This document shows positions 40,401-52,999 of a stretch of 64,000 bases of DNA, piece by piece. This stretch comes from Tubulanus polymorphus (taxonomy: Eukaryota; Animalia; Nemertea). Position 1 is the stretch's first letter, and each line of letters opens with the position of its first letter. The position numbers and the translations under genes were made by a program. The DNA lies in the NCBI RefSeq assembly GCF_964204645.1, contig NC_134033.1, positions 9,184,655 to 9,248,654 of the forward strand. The letters are read 5' to 3'. Under the pieces are notes generated by a model. That model was not told the origin of the DNA. It was given only the letters and a program-made list of their open reading frames with translations, and did not search any database.

Positions 40401-41730
40401 TTGCCTTATTTTAGGCGCAGAAATGAATTATCTGTGGATCAGGGTTGCATACTTTGGGGAATAAGAGTTGTTATACCACCAAAGTTCAAACAGATCATGT
40501 TGGATGAGTTGCACTCGGAACATTTTGGTATTGTTGGTATCAAGTCTTTAGCTAGAAATTATTTGTGGTATCCTGGCATTGATCAAGATATTGAAAATTT
40601 AGTACAAAACTGTCAATTGTGTCTTAGTATGAGAAATGCTCCGGTAAAGGTACCTTTGTTGCCATGGCGACCAACAAATGGTCCATGGGATAGGATTCAT
40701 ATAGATTTTGGTGAACTTGAAGGCAAACATTACCTCATTATTGTTGATAGTTTCTCTAAATGGTTGGAATGTTTTATGATGTCATCAACAGCTGCACCAA
40801 AAGTAATTGATACCTTGAGAAGTGTTTTTGCTCGTGAGGGATTACCTAAGGAGTTGGTCAGTGACAATGGGCCCCCATTCAATTCGGAGGAATTCCATGA
40901 CTTATGTAATAATGGTTTTAAATATACACCAGTACCTGTTTATAGCCTAAGCTAAATTGGGGCGACCGAAAGGTCAGTACAAATAGTTAAACGAGCGCTC
41001 AAGAAACACATTTTGATGCAGCGAGTTGATAAGGTTGATCCATCGAAAAGACTGGATAACTTTTTGTTCATGTATCGAACAACACCACACTCGATAATAG
41101 GTAGATCTCCAGCTGAACTTTTCAGGAAACGACAGTTAAGATCTAGGCTGTCACTTATTAAACCTGATATGTATCCCAAAATTTGTGCAAAGCAGGATAT
41201 TCAGAGGAGATATCATGATTCTGTATTATCAAAACCTAGAGAGTTTGTAGAGAAACAAAATGTTATGGTTAAATCTAATGTGAGAGGTCTTGAAAAATAC
41301 TTTCCAGGTGTAATTATTCACAGGAAAGGTCTTCTTACCTACCTAGTTAGGGTTGGTGGCAGATATCGTTATTGTCACATTGATCACTTATTTCCCTGTA
41401 GTGAAAATGTTCATGTAAATAGTACTCGTGTGGATGATGTAGATAATCGACAATATGATATGCCTAGTGTTACTGTACCAGCGGTACCTCCAGTCAGTAC
41501 TGATTTGGGTACTCAACAAGGTTCAAACCCAGATGTCGAAGGTGGAGTTAGAAACTCAGGTGATTTGGTTGAAGTTTCTGATCAATCCCAAGCCCATAGT
41601 ATTCCTATAAGTGTCAGGAAATCCTGTCGTGTTTCTGTACCACCTAAGAGGCTGATCGAAGAAACCTAAATGTGGTTTTATTATGTCAGTTTTTCTTTTG
41701 AATGAAATCTTTTTAACGCTTCCCATTGCA
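37417..41730 (+). mobile_element. Mag-clade Gypsy (element C), 3' LTR missing
   Basis: Short TGTGA..TCACA LTR-like segment 37417-37525, PBS TGGCGACGAGGA (tRNA-Ser(GCU)-like); no PPT or second LTR. Confidence 0.85.
37575..41669 (+). pseudogene. gag-pol: gag-pol of element C
   Basis: Two CCHC knuckles, VDTGA, RT with SQDD at the YxDD position, CDAS, HIDF/SDNGP integrase, PPKRL end; stops at 40091 and ~40955. Confidence 0.92.
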
Positions 41731-43610
41731 ACATATGAACCAGTTAGGCAGAAACCCGTTATCGCTGCTATGCAGCTATATTTATTATTATAAATTTTCC
41801 ACTTTCCTGCCAAAATTTTTTCATAAAATGTAACTCCTCTCGATCACTAACAGCTTATAAACGTAATTTCCATTTCTGTCAGAAATATAACTCAGTGCCT
41901 GACCATTTCGAATTTGCGTATAGTAATCTATTATGAATTAATCCCGTGTAATTACCGGGTCTAAACAGCGACAAGAATAACGCAAAGCATTGTCATCCAT
42001 TGATAAAAGTACATCCCGAAAAGCCTACAAATTACCGGACGACCTCGAGCGTCAAACTCGACCGTAAATCGCGAATTCAGACTTACAATTAGTCCGGATC
42101 CGTCATTCACTGCGGACAATATGCAGCCAACATGGCGTATGATTAAAATCATTTTCAGCTAAAATTTATCGCAAGTCTATGGCGAGTTTTAGGACTTTAA
42201 TGAACGATGATCCCTAAAATGAGTCAATTGATTTATTCTATTAGTAAATCGATTTAAGTTGGCTACATTTCCTGAAGATTTCTGGCTCAAATCAACGTAA
42301 TATGGACAGGAATGGTAGGGATTTTCCTATGGAATTTTACTTCTGCATTCACTTGACGACTCTGATCGATGACAACGACAGCAGAGTTTATGCAATTTTA
42401 GGTGAGAATCCACTATCCAGGGAATGTTAGACTAGATTTCTTGGTCTAACTGCAGTTAAGGTTACCTTTTTACTGGGTGGTGCCATGATATGAGTACACA
42501 TGATAGCAAATGAGTACTCGGAAAAGCAATGATCATTGTTGGCTACCTACTTGCCTAATGCCTAGCTTTTTGGGGGATACGCCTAGAATAGATTTAGGCC
42601 CTTAATGTAATGCGTAGAGCCAATTGAAAGCCTTAGTAGTTAGTAAGGGACTGGTTTACACTTATGTATACGACTATTTATTTCGATTACTTTCTTTCCA
42701 GCTATTAATCGTGGAATGAACTTGTCACTACCGTCTTCAATTCCTTTTCCGATTCTTGCAGCTGGTGGGAATATATTTAAACCACAGTGTGCAAGTGTAC
42801 GTTTCAAATTAAGCGTCTCGGATGCTGTTAGTACTTGACGTTTTGTGTAATTTTTTTTCTAATGTCATGTTTAAAATATTTGGATCAGTAATCAGTCGTG
42901 CTAGTGTACATGCAGAATTGGATTCATTGTTATTATGGGATTCTAATTCATGTGCATCAAGAGTCCTACGATATACCCTTGATATGAAGCTTTTAAGATT
43001 TTATTAGACTTGTTTTGGAGTAAACCCAATAGCCCTTAAAATAACAATTAATGGCTTAATGGTCGGTGTCTATGCTCTGCGAGACAGTAGTAATAGATGT
43101 TTCACGACAAAGCACGATTTGAATATTTATTATACTATCTTTCACTCCTCTATTATATTACATAACTGAGTAATTCTTACATTAGATTGCTTAATTACAG
43201 GTGGAAAGAGGTCAGATGGCATGAAAATCGACTGTGGCTGACTAATTGACGCGCGCAGATAAAGCGTTGAGGTTTCAAAAAATGTCGCCAAAATGCTTGT
43301 ATCATCAGGGGTAGACAAATTATCCGAAGATAAATGAAAACTCCACCTTGTTGATCGTCAGTTCATTTAGCTGTAATTATTCCGTCTTGATTAATCGACA
43401 CATAATTCATTTCAAAATCTGTGTTCAGTAGAATTTCTTTCAATATAATAAGAATCTATTTGACTAATTTTTTACTAATGTATTCAGGAGTGGATTTTAA
43501 TTGATCTCAAAACCAGAGAAAGCATTCTTCAAAAATTTAGAAAATCCTAGACTCATAATCAAATTTTGTGAAGTCATGTAAGGTTTTTTGCTCGAATTAA
43601 GCCAAGGGCT

Positions 43611-43747
43611 CAGGGGCCAGTTGCACAGTCGTGACTTAAGTCTAAACGTGGTATTAAGACTGGTCTTACGTCGTTAGATTGGCTATAGAACTAAGTTGGT
43701 CTTATATTGGTCTTAAGTCTAAGTCATGACTATGCAACCGGCCCCTG
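43611..43747. mobile_element. Harbinger-like palindromic MITE, copy 2, inside the outer HINE
   Basis: Absent from the homologous site in HINE copy 1 (~13960). Confidence 0.88.
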
Positions 43748-45488
43748 GTGGCTAAAATTCAATTCCTCACTGTGCTATAATGCCGAGTACGACGGAGTTT
43801 ACACACTGAAAAACGTTGCGCTGTGTAAGCGTTATTTGGATAAGTCAGCAATATAATGACGGCCCTACCCCGCGCGCTCCATCTGAGACATAAACGAGTT
43901 GGACCGTATTGCTTCGATGCTTTGCAAATGGACTCCTGATATCCAACATAATGTTGTCCCAGGTTGCGCTTCTTGGCAATAGTCATATGCTATGGGCTAG
44001 AATTATTTCGATGAAATCTTCGTACGCATCCCAGTTCGACATATTAACCAATTAGGCAGAAACCCGTTATCGCTGCTATGCAGCTATATTTTATCTTTAT
44101 ATCTTAGGTTGAGAGCCGAATAATCGTTATAATTTGTAAATATCGGTAGGAAAAATCTGTGCGTATGGATGAATTTTAACTTTCTAGTCATCAGTCTAGG
44201 CCAAGGTATCAGAATATGGAATTCTGAGCTGACAAGCAGAATGAAAGTTTTTGTGACAGGTCTGCAACTGTCTACCAATGTTGCTCATGAGCAACATTAC
44301 CAATAAAAGACCAATGGTCTTGTAGCCCACCTGACCATTAACTAATAGGCAGTTTAAAGACTTGTTATATCCCATGTCTAAAATGGATTAGATGCTGGTC
44401 TTAGTGCAAGGGCCAGTGGCAAGATGGGAAAAGGAAAATATCGATATACACATTGCCTTTCAACCTTCAAAGGAGCGATCATAATCAAACGGCAACTCTT
44501 GCTTTAATAACCATATTTATTTTCAGATAATAATATTCATATCAAAAGATAGGATATAGGAGCTAGGCCTAATCATATCAGAAATTTTGTCTTAGAATAT
44601 TGGTTGAAACGTGTTTTTTTGAAAAAATCTATAATTCCTGCTTCAATGCGTCGAGGTGGTGATTCATTCTTGGGGTACCGGTGTAGCGGAAAACGGGGGC
44701 AAGGCGGTGCTGCCCTCTCTCTTCGAATATGGCGGTCGTTCTTCTGCTCGTCTCGTAAATTCGTCGATATAATCGGCAACCATCTAATTTGTCAGGATGT
44801 CTAAACAGGTAAAAATCTTATCTTCTTAGCCCGCTGCGGAGTTTGCTCACGTCGAATGATTTCTGGTAGTGAAATCAAAAAGGGAAATAACTAATATCTC
44901 GCCGCAAGGGATGATCCTCATTATGAGAAACCGAGAGAGATAAATATATAAAAATAGCCACGATATGAAAATTCTAATCTAGTGTATACAGATCGTGCAC
45001 ACCGAGCACGAATAACCTATTTTCCGGTATACGCTTATTCTCTGCAACATGTCTCTTACATGCCCGTAAGGCCCACAGCATATAATTGGGTTAGCCACCC
45101 CGAATTATACCTGGATCTACCCTACATTCGACCGGTCTTTAGAATAATCTCGTAACCCTCACTTCATACTAATGGCAGTCCAAAATTCCACCATAGATTC
45201 TCCCTCCTCATGGGCTGTAGGCTCTAAGTCCCTACTAAATAGTCCTCTGCTATTCGGCTCCACCGTGGCATTTTACCACCGATGAATATAAATCTACCTT
45301 AAAACGGCCTGATACGAAAAGAATTGTTCCTCAGTCCTTGTTAAGATTCTGACAATCACCAATAGACTAGTCGGCTCAACTCCACAACAGGTAAAAGTAG
45401 ATATGCGGGTTGGTTCCAACATTTTCACTGAGAAAAGTGTTAATACGCGCAGATCGATAGAAAGAGGCACGTGAAGTAATTTTCAGAA

Positions 45489-46455
45489 GTCGACAGTCGG
45501 CAATCGGCAATCAGAAACCTGATAGTCGACCATTCCTCGGGTCGGCAATCGGCAATCAGAAACCTGATAGTCGACCATTTCTCGGGTCGGCAATCGGCAA
45601 TCAGAAACCTGATTGTCGACCATTTCTCGGGTCGACAGTCGGCAATCAGAAACCCGATAGTCGATAGTCGGTGATATATTCTGGTCATTCTCGTCAACAT
45701 TTCAGAAAAAGTAAATCTTTTGCAGAGTTATTTATTCTATGTTTATAAAATTCAGAGAACTATCAATATTGAACAACCATTCAACTGCGATATAATAAGA
45801 GTTGAAATTGGTGTTGAAACCGAGTTATTGCGTAGCTGGAAGTTGTGTGTCCGGTTGTGTTAGCAAATCCTGTGAGATTTCTGAATGGTGATTGCGAGGC
45901 GATATAGATGCTGTGATTGTGAGGGTGATATAGACGCTGCGATTGTGATGGCGATATAGATGCTGTGATTGTGAAGGTGATATAGATGCCGTGATTGTGA
46001 GGGCGATATAGATGCCGTGATTGTGAGGGCGATATAGATGCTGCGATTGTGAGGGCGATATAGATGCTGCGATTGTGATGGCGATATAGATGCTGCGATT
46101 GTGAGGGTGAAATAGATGTAATTGTGATTATGAGGGCGATATAGATGCTGTGATTGTGAGGGCGATATAGATATTGTGATTGTGAGGGTGATATAGATGC
46201 TGTGATTGTGAGGGCGATATAGATGCTGTGATTGTGAGGGTGGTATAGATGCTGCGATTGTGATTGCGATATTGATGCTGCGATTGTGAGGGTGAAATAG
46301 ATGCTGTGGGTGATTGGTTTCTGATTGCCGATTGCCGATTGCCGGCCCAAAAATGGTCGACAATCAAGTTTCCGATTGCCGATTGCCGACCCGAGAAATG
46401 GTCGACAATCAGGTTTCTGATTGCCGATTGCCGATTGCCGACCCGAGAAATGGTC
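45489..46455. repeat. Foldback-like composite: inverted arrays of a 45-bp unit flanking a 26-bp minisatellite
   Basis: 45-bp units at 45496/45541/45586, reverse-complement array 46310-46455, (gattgtgagggcgatatagatgctgt)n at 45886-46307. Confidence 0.9.
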
Positions 46456-46723
46456 AGTAATAGGGATAATAGGCTTTCAAGCCAAAGGTCGAACGGTCGA
46501 GCTCGTAAAAAATGAAAAACAAAAAAATAATAACAATTTCTACTTGAATTACTCGCGAAACTCGTAAAAATGAAAAATAAATTCTCACACGCTCGAATTT
46601 ATTTTTCATTTTTATGAGTTTCACTCCTAATTCAAGTAGAAATTGTAATTATTTTTATGTTTTTCATTTTTTACTCACCCGCCCGTTCAACCTTTAGCTT
46701 GAAAGCCTATTATCCCTATTACT
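46456..46723. repeat. 268-bp imperfect palindrome at the left boundary of Polinton element 2
   Basis: agtaatagggataataggctttcaagc...gcttgaaagcctattatccctattact with a ~10-nt loop near 46590. Confidence 0.92.
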
Positions 46724-46803
46724 CTTAAAATATTCATATATATGAATAACATTTAAATCATTGAACTTCTAAAATCAATTTTAATAAAAAATATAGTATT
46801 AAA

Positions 46804-49800
46804 ATGGAAGCAAATAATTACTACTGCCCAACATGTAATATCGATATAGATAAATCCCAAAAAGCAAGACACAATAAAACTAGAACACATTTAGAGAATA
46901 AATTGAAACTAGAGTATAAAGATGATATATTAGAAACTAAATTAGATGAATTAAAGAATGAAAAAGAAACATACAAATGTGATATATGTAATCAATCATT
47001 CAGTGATAAAAGATATTATAAAGAACATTTAAAATCTATAAGTCATATTAGAAATAAGAATAATGATATTATAGGTGAAGATTATTTTGATAATGATAAC
47101 GATAAGAAACAGAAGACAATTAAAAGAATAAAAAATAAATTAAACAATAAAAGACCATACATGGAAGATGTAAGAAATTATATTAATTCATTAGATAATA
47201 AAAAAGATATAGAGATAACCGAAGCATTTAAAAGTGATATTGGTCCAGCAGCTATCGAGTTTAAATTTCATAAAGGAAAAACAATAGAAGAAAATAAAAA
47301 ACATTTAGAAAATATGAAAGAAATAATAAAAATAATTACAGACGTAGAATACCCTAAAATAAGTATTTCATCAAAAGTTAAATTTATAAAATCTGAAGAT
47401 AAACCAATATATAATATAAATTCTCATTCACAACATATTATATCTAAACAACATATAGATGATAAATTAAATAAATGTTATAATGAAATAAAAACTAAAA
47501 TAGAAGAGAAATATTTTGAAGGATCTGGTTTAATATTTGATGAGATAATATTTATAACTTTACATGTTTATAACACAAAATATAATAAGTTAACTAAATC
47601 AAAACCAATTGATGAAAATAATTTATCATATTATAAAGATGATAGTATAAATGGAACAAGTTATATTAAACTACCATTTAAAACTAATGGTGTAATAAAT
47701 ATACAAAATTTTGATAATAAATGTTTTATATGGGCTATAATAAGTTGTTTACACCCAGTTGAAGATTATAAACAACATAGTTTTAGATTAACTCATTATA
47801 AACAATTTGAAAATAATTATAAGATAGATAAGTATCCTGTTAGAATTAAAAATATTCCAAAAATAGAAAGAGATAATAATATAAAGATAAATGTATTTGA
47901 TTTAATCAAATTACCAAATACAAAAGGAAATAATATTAAACATTATACATTAGAACCTTTATACCTATCAAAAGATTATGATTCAAATGATGTTATAGAT
48001 ATACTATATTATGAGAATCATTATATGTGGATTAAACAAATAGATTTATTTTTTAGAACAGAAAGTGATCACCATAATAAAATATATCTATGTAGAAAAT
48101 GTTTACATAAATTTAGTAATGAAAGTACATTATTAAATCATAAACAACTATGTGATAATCATGATTATTGTAAATTAGTTTTACCAAATGAAAAGGATAA
48201 AATATTAGAATTCAAAAAATATGATTACAAAAATAAAGTACCATTTGTAATATATGGAGATTTTGAATCGTTAAATAAAGAATTAACAGATAAAGATAGA
48301 AAAGATATATATTATAAAAGAAAGAAATTAAATTCTAATGAAAGTGATTATTCAGATGAACCACCAATAACAAATACTATTAAAAAGATTCATCAATCAG
48401 CTGCAGCTTTCGGGTTATATATTAAATCTGATTATCCAGAACTAATCGAAAGTGAATATTATGATTATAGAAATGAAAATGTTATCAATCATTTTTGTGA
48501 CTTATTAATTGAATATGAAATAAGATTTAGTAAATTATTGAATACAAATATAGAAATTATAATGACAGAAGAAGATAAAGAAGTATTTGCGTTTGCAGAT
48601 AAATGTTATTATTGTGAAAAGATATTTAATTATAAAGATAAAAAAGTAAGAGACCATGATCATTTGAATGGAAAGTTTAGAGGCGCTGCGCATGAGAATT
48701 GTAACTTACAAGCTAAGAAAATTAACTTTATACCAGTTATATTTCATAACCTATCAGGATATGATGCACATTTATTTATCAAACAGCTATGTTATAAAAT
48801 AGAAGAAATCAATAATGAAATAGAAAGATTAAATTCAAATAGATCAAAAGATAAAATACCAACTTATAAATTTAGAATGTTAGCTAAAACATCTGAGAAT
48901 TATATATCATTCCAATTTGGTTGCCTAAGATTTATAGATTCATATAGATTTTTAAATAGTTCATTAGATAACTTATCAAAATCATTAGTTGATGATGAAT
49001 TAAAGATATTAAAAGAATATTACCCAAATAATGATGATTTTCAATTAATGAGATATAAAGGAGCAATTCCATATTCTTTCTATAAAAATCATAATGATTC
49101 TATGATGAATTAAGATCTGAATATGTAAAAGATGAAGTTTATAATAGAACATTGAATATTTGGAATCATTTCGAAATTAAAAATCATGGACAATTAGTAG
49201 ATTTATATTTAAAATCAGATGTATTATTATTAACCGATATATTCGAAAGGTTTAGAGATGTAAACCTAAAATATTTCAATATTGATCCTTGTCATTGTTA
49301 TTCATCACCAGGATTAACATGGGATTGTGGATTAAAATTTACAGATATAAAAATGGATTTGTTAACAAATATAGATCAATTACTATTATTTGAAAAATCT
49401 ATAAGAGGAGGTGTTTCAGGTGTATTGGGTGATAGATATTTCAATGTAAATGATAATCCTGGATATAAATTATTATACATAGATGCAAATAATCTTTATG
49501 GTTGGGCAATGATGGAACCACAACCTTATGGGATGTTTGAAATAACTGAAGTTTTGAAAATTGATAAATTTGATTGGAAGAAAAGAATCCTAGATATTGC
49601 AGATGATTCAGATATTGGTTACTTCTTCGTTGTAGATTTAGAATACCCTGAAAATATTAAATTCAAATCTAGAAATCTAGCATATTGTCCCGAACATAAA
49701 ACTGTTAAACATGAAGAATTATCAAATTATCAAAAAAGAATTAAACCTGATAATCATATTCATACTGAAAAGTTAATGGTAACTCAAGAAAATAAATATA

Positions 49801-50807
49801 ATTACGTTGTGCATTATAGAATGTTGAAGTTTTATTTGAGACAAGGAATGATATTTAAAAAAGTACATAGATATATTTCATTCAGTCAATCTAAATGGTT
49901 AGAAAAATATATAGATTTTAATACTACACAGAGAACTAAATCTAAAACTGATTTTGAGAAGGATTTTTTTAAGTTAATGAATAATGCATTCTATGGTAAG
50001 ACTTGTGAAAATATTAGAAATAGAAATGATATTGAGTTAGTTAGTAATGGTAAAAGGATAAGGCATTTACAATCATATCCTAAGTTTATAGGTAACAGAA
50101 TATTTGATGAAAATTTAGCTGCAGTTAAGATGAGAAGAACATCAATGAAATTTAATAAACCAATTTATGTTGGAGCTGCAGTTTTAGAATTATCAAAGTT
50201 ATTAATGTATAAATTTTACTATAACGTATTACAACCTCATTTTGGAGAAAAACATATAGAAATCTTATATTTTGATACAGATTCTTACATATTAAAGATA
50301 AAAACTGATAATATAACAGATGATTTAAAAACATTAAAACACCATTTTGATTTCAGTAACTATCCTAAAGATCATGAATTGTTTAGCAATGATAATAAAA
50401 AAGTTCCCGGTAAATTCAAAGATGAATTAGGTGGTGAAGAAATGATAGAGTTCATTGGTATTAGATCTAAAATGTATTCATATAAAACCAAAACTCATGA
50501 AGCTAAAAAGTTAAAAGGAATTACCAAAAGCGTTGTTGAAAAGAATATTCATTTCAAAGATTACATCAATTGTATATTTAATGAAGAAGTTAGAAAACAT
50601 AAAATGAAATGTTTAAGATCTGAAGATCATGAAATGTATATTGAAGAGATAGAGAAGATAAGTCTAAACCCATTTGATGATAAAAGATATATTTTAGATG
50701 ATGGAATCCACACAGTCGCCTATGGTTGCAATTTAGATGAATATATAAAATTCAAAAGAGAAGAAACAAAAGAAAATGAGATTATGAAAAGGATTCTAGC
50801 GTGTTAA
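46804..50807 (+). pseudogene. polB: Protein-primed family B DNA polymerase with C2H2 fingers and endonuclease VII-like domain, split near 49100
   Basis: Exo GDFES, FHNLSGYDAH, YLKSDV; Pol YIDANNLYGWAM, KLMNNAFYGK, YFDTDS; CYYC..VRDHDHLNGKFRGAAHENCNL; frame change between YSFYKNHND and FYDELRSEY. Confidence 0.95.
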
Positions 50808-50835
50808 TCAATTTCAATAAAAATTTGTATAATAA

Positions 50836-51177
50836 ATGGAGAGTAAACAAGTACACAGTGAATTCTTAGATAGAATTAAAGATACTTCAAGCGTCAAATC
50901 TGTAGATTATAAATTTAAAAAACTAACTGAGTTAACAATTCACAAGAAATATTTAATTACTAACATTGAAACAATTACTAATAAATATGGAGATAAATTA
51001 GTAATTCATTTAGAATATGAAGGATTAAAAGGAAATAAATATAAATTCAGAACTTATTTACCAGATAGATTTCATAGATTATCAAGTGAAGATTTAGAAG
51101 AATTATGTTCTGGAGATTTCTATTTCGTATACAAAGGTAAGAATGAAAAAGGGCACCATGAAATAGATTTCGAATAA
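50836..51177 (+). CDS. Conserved small Polinton protein, possibly ssDNA-binding (unverified)
   Basis: Open ORF next to polB; homolog at 3490-3815. Confidence 0.6.
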   Translation: MESKQVHSEFLDRIKDTSSVKSVDYKFKKLTELTIHKKYLITNIETITNKYGDKLVIHLEYEGLKGNKYKFRTYLPDRFHRLSSEDLEELCSGDFYFVYKGKNEKGHHEIDFE

Positions 51178-51194
51178 GAAAATATGTAAAATAA

Positions 51195-51953
51195 ATGGTA
51201 GAATTAAAAGAATACAGAATATTTGTTGATTCTAGAAAACTTACAAATTATAAATCTCATAATTTATTAGTACAATTAGATAGAGAATTCAAGAATTGTG
51301 TAGATTTAAAATTAGTAAATATAAGTTTATGTAATTCTTTTTATAATATATCGAATAAAACTATTGAACATAATACTTTTTTAATTCATATTAGAAATAT
51401 AAATAAATGGTTTCATCTATTTCTAAGACCAGGATTATATAATTTAGAAACATTATCTCAAGAAATTAATCGTAGAGCACGGTTGAAAATTAGAAAAGAT
51501 GATAAATTTTTAATAAGATTTATAAAAAGTGATAGCTCAAATAGAATTAAAATAAAGGTATTTGATGAAAGTCAACATGCATTTATGGTAAAAAAACCTA
51601 TAGCTAAATTGCTAGGAATTGAACCAGATGTTGTTACAGTAAACGTAGAAGGTATTTCAAATATAATACCTTTTACACATTTTTATATTTATTGCAATTT
51701 AATTGACCCAACAAAAACATTTGAAGCAACTAAAGATACAACATGTAATTCTAGTATATTAAATATTTTACCATTAAAAAATGTTAAAGAATTTGGAACG
51801 CAAATAAATTATAATTTAACAGAATGTGATTTCAAACCATGCATTCCTCGTTTTAATAATTTTAGATTAGAAATTAGAAATCATAATGGATACTTAATTG
51901 ATTTAAATAATTTCCCTGTAATTTATGAATTAGTTATAAGATGTAGGGAGTAA
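51195..51953 (+). CDS. Minor capsid (penton-like) protein
   Basis: PGLYNL and C-terminal FYIYCNLI..ILNILP..FKP..FRLEIRNHNGYLIDLN pattern typical of Polinton pentons. Confidence 0.7.
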   Translation: MVELKEYRIFVDSRKLTNYKSHNLLVQLDREFKNCVDLKLVNISLCNSFYNISNKTIEHNTFLIHIRNINKWFHLFLRPGLYNLETLSQEINRRARLKIRKDDKFLIRFIKSDSSNRIKIKVFDESQHAFMVKKPIAKLLGIEPDVVTVNVEGISNIIPFTHFYIYCNLIDPTKTFEATKDTTCNSSILNILPLKNVKEFGTQINYNLTECDFKPCIPRFNNFRLEIRNHNGYLIDLNNFPVIYELVIRCRE

Positions 51954-51969
51954 TTTTTTCACTATATAA

Positions 51970-52311
51970 ATGAATATAACTGTTGGACCGAGTATATGTT
52001 TTGGGTTTGATTTTAAACATGGTAAAGAAATGAGAATTAAACTAAATGATGTAATTACTGATATAAAAAGTAAATCATTTAACAATGCATCAATGATTGA
52101 TAAAGAAAATTATAATATAGAAAAAGTAATTGATTTAATTAGATCACCTTTAGAATATTATGAATTAAATGAAGATGGAATTATTGATGATATTAAAAAC
52201 ATATTAACCAAAATATATGATAATCATAAAACTAGTAATAAAATAAATGTTGAATTAATCATAAATAAGTTAACTAAATATTTTGAAGATAGTAATTTTT
52301 TTGATAAATAA
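51970..52311 (+). CDS. Hypothetical viral protein (113 aa)
   Basis: Open ORF with the shared upstream motif. Confidence 0.6.
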   Translation: MNITVGPSICFGFDFKHGKEMRIKLNDVITDIKSKSFNNASMIDKENYNIEKVIDLIRSPLEYYELNEDGIIDDIKNILTKIYDNHKTSNKINVELIINKLTKYFEDSNFFDK

Positions 52312-52533
52312 ATGAGTGATAATAAGTGGATAATAACTGGATTATATAATGGTGCCTTACTATCAGTTGGAACGGTTGGTTATTCAATGGTATTAAAAAA
52401 AGTATTCAAAATGGGAAGTGTTAATGTTGATAGATTTGATATAAATGATATTTTAAAGTTAACATTAGCAGTTACTTTATCTAATTTAACTATTGATTAT
52501 TTGGAAAAACAAAAATATATTCCTCCCATATAA
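52312..52533 (+). CDS. Small hydrophobic protein (73 aa)
   Basis: Two hydrophobic segments; start abuts the previous stop. Confidence 0.65.
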   Translation: MSDNKWIITGLYNGALLSVGTVGYSMVLKKVFKMGSVNVDRFDINDILKLTLAVTLSNLTIDYLEKQKYIPPI

Positions 52534-52557
52534 ATACATAATTTTTTTGTTAAATAA

Positions 52558-52980
52558 ATGGCTTCTGCAATTATAACTATTATAGGATCGGCAATTGTTA
52601 ACGCTTTAGCATTTACTGGTGGTGGTTATTTATTTAAACATATTGATAAAAATAGTTCATTAGGAGAACAAAGAAGACATAACTTAGCGTTAGAGAAATA
52701 CAATAAAGCTGCAGAAGAATATAGAGAAAAGAGACAAAACTATATGGATTACATCAATAAAGAATTATATGATCAAAAGATTTCACACAGAGATTTTCAA
52801 TCAGTTGATGATGCAATGAGTTTATATAACGCGGTAACAAATAAAGAAAAATTACATCTATACAAACCTAAATTATCAGATTATTATACCCCAAGTAAAG
52901 AACAACAGAAATATGAAATAATTTGGATTTTAGGTGGAACAGTTATTGTTATATTTGTTGCTTATAAGTTTACTAATTAA
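52558..52980 (+). CDS. Putative membrane protein with central coiled coil (140 aa)
   Basis: Hydrophobic N- and C-termini. Confidence 0.7.
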   Translation: MASAIITIIGSAIVNALAFTGGGYLFKHIDKNSSLGEQRRHNLALEKYNKAAEEYREKRQNYMDYINKELYDQKISHRDFQSVDDAMSLYNAVTNKEKLHLYKPKLSDYYTPSKEQQKYEIIWILGGTVIVIFVAYKFTN

Positions 52981-52999
52981 TAATTTTTTTTCTAAATAA

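Larger units (their letters stand above)
35626..41782 (+). mobile_element. HINE copy 3 (inner, more divergent subfamily), interrupted by a Mag Gypsy
   Basis: Own 5' hairpin at 35626 and 3' stem-loop at 41745-41782. Confidence 0.8.
35573..44090 (+). mobile_element. HINE copy 2 (outer), interrupted at its (att)n microsatellite
   Basis: 35573-35625 joined to 41783-44090 reproduces the reverse complement of copy 1. Confidence 0.85.

Noticed and set aside
46461-46478. TAGGGATAA resembling half an I-SceI site
   Set aside because: Only a partial match, inside a natural palindrome; no vector context
45440-46515. His/Ser/Ile-rich and LIADCRP repeat ORFs; CRISPR-like appearance
   Set aside because: Translations of 26-bp and 45-bp tandem repeats; no unique spacers and no cas genes
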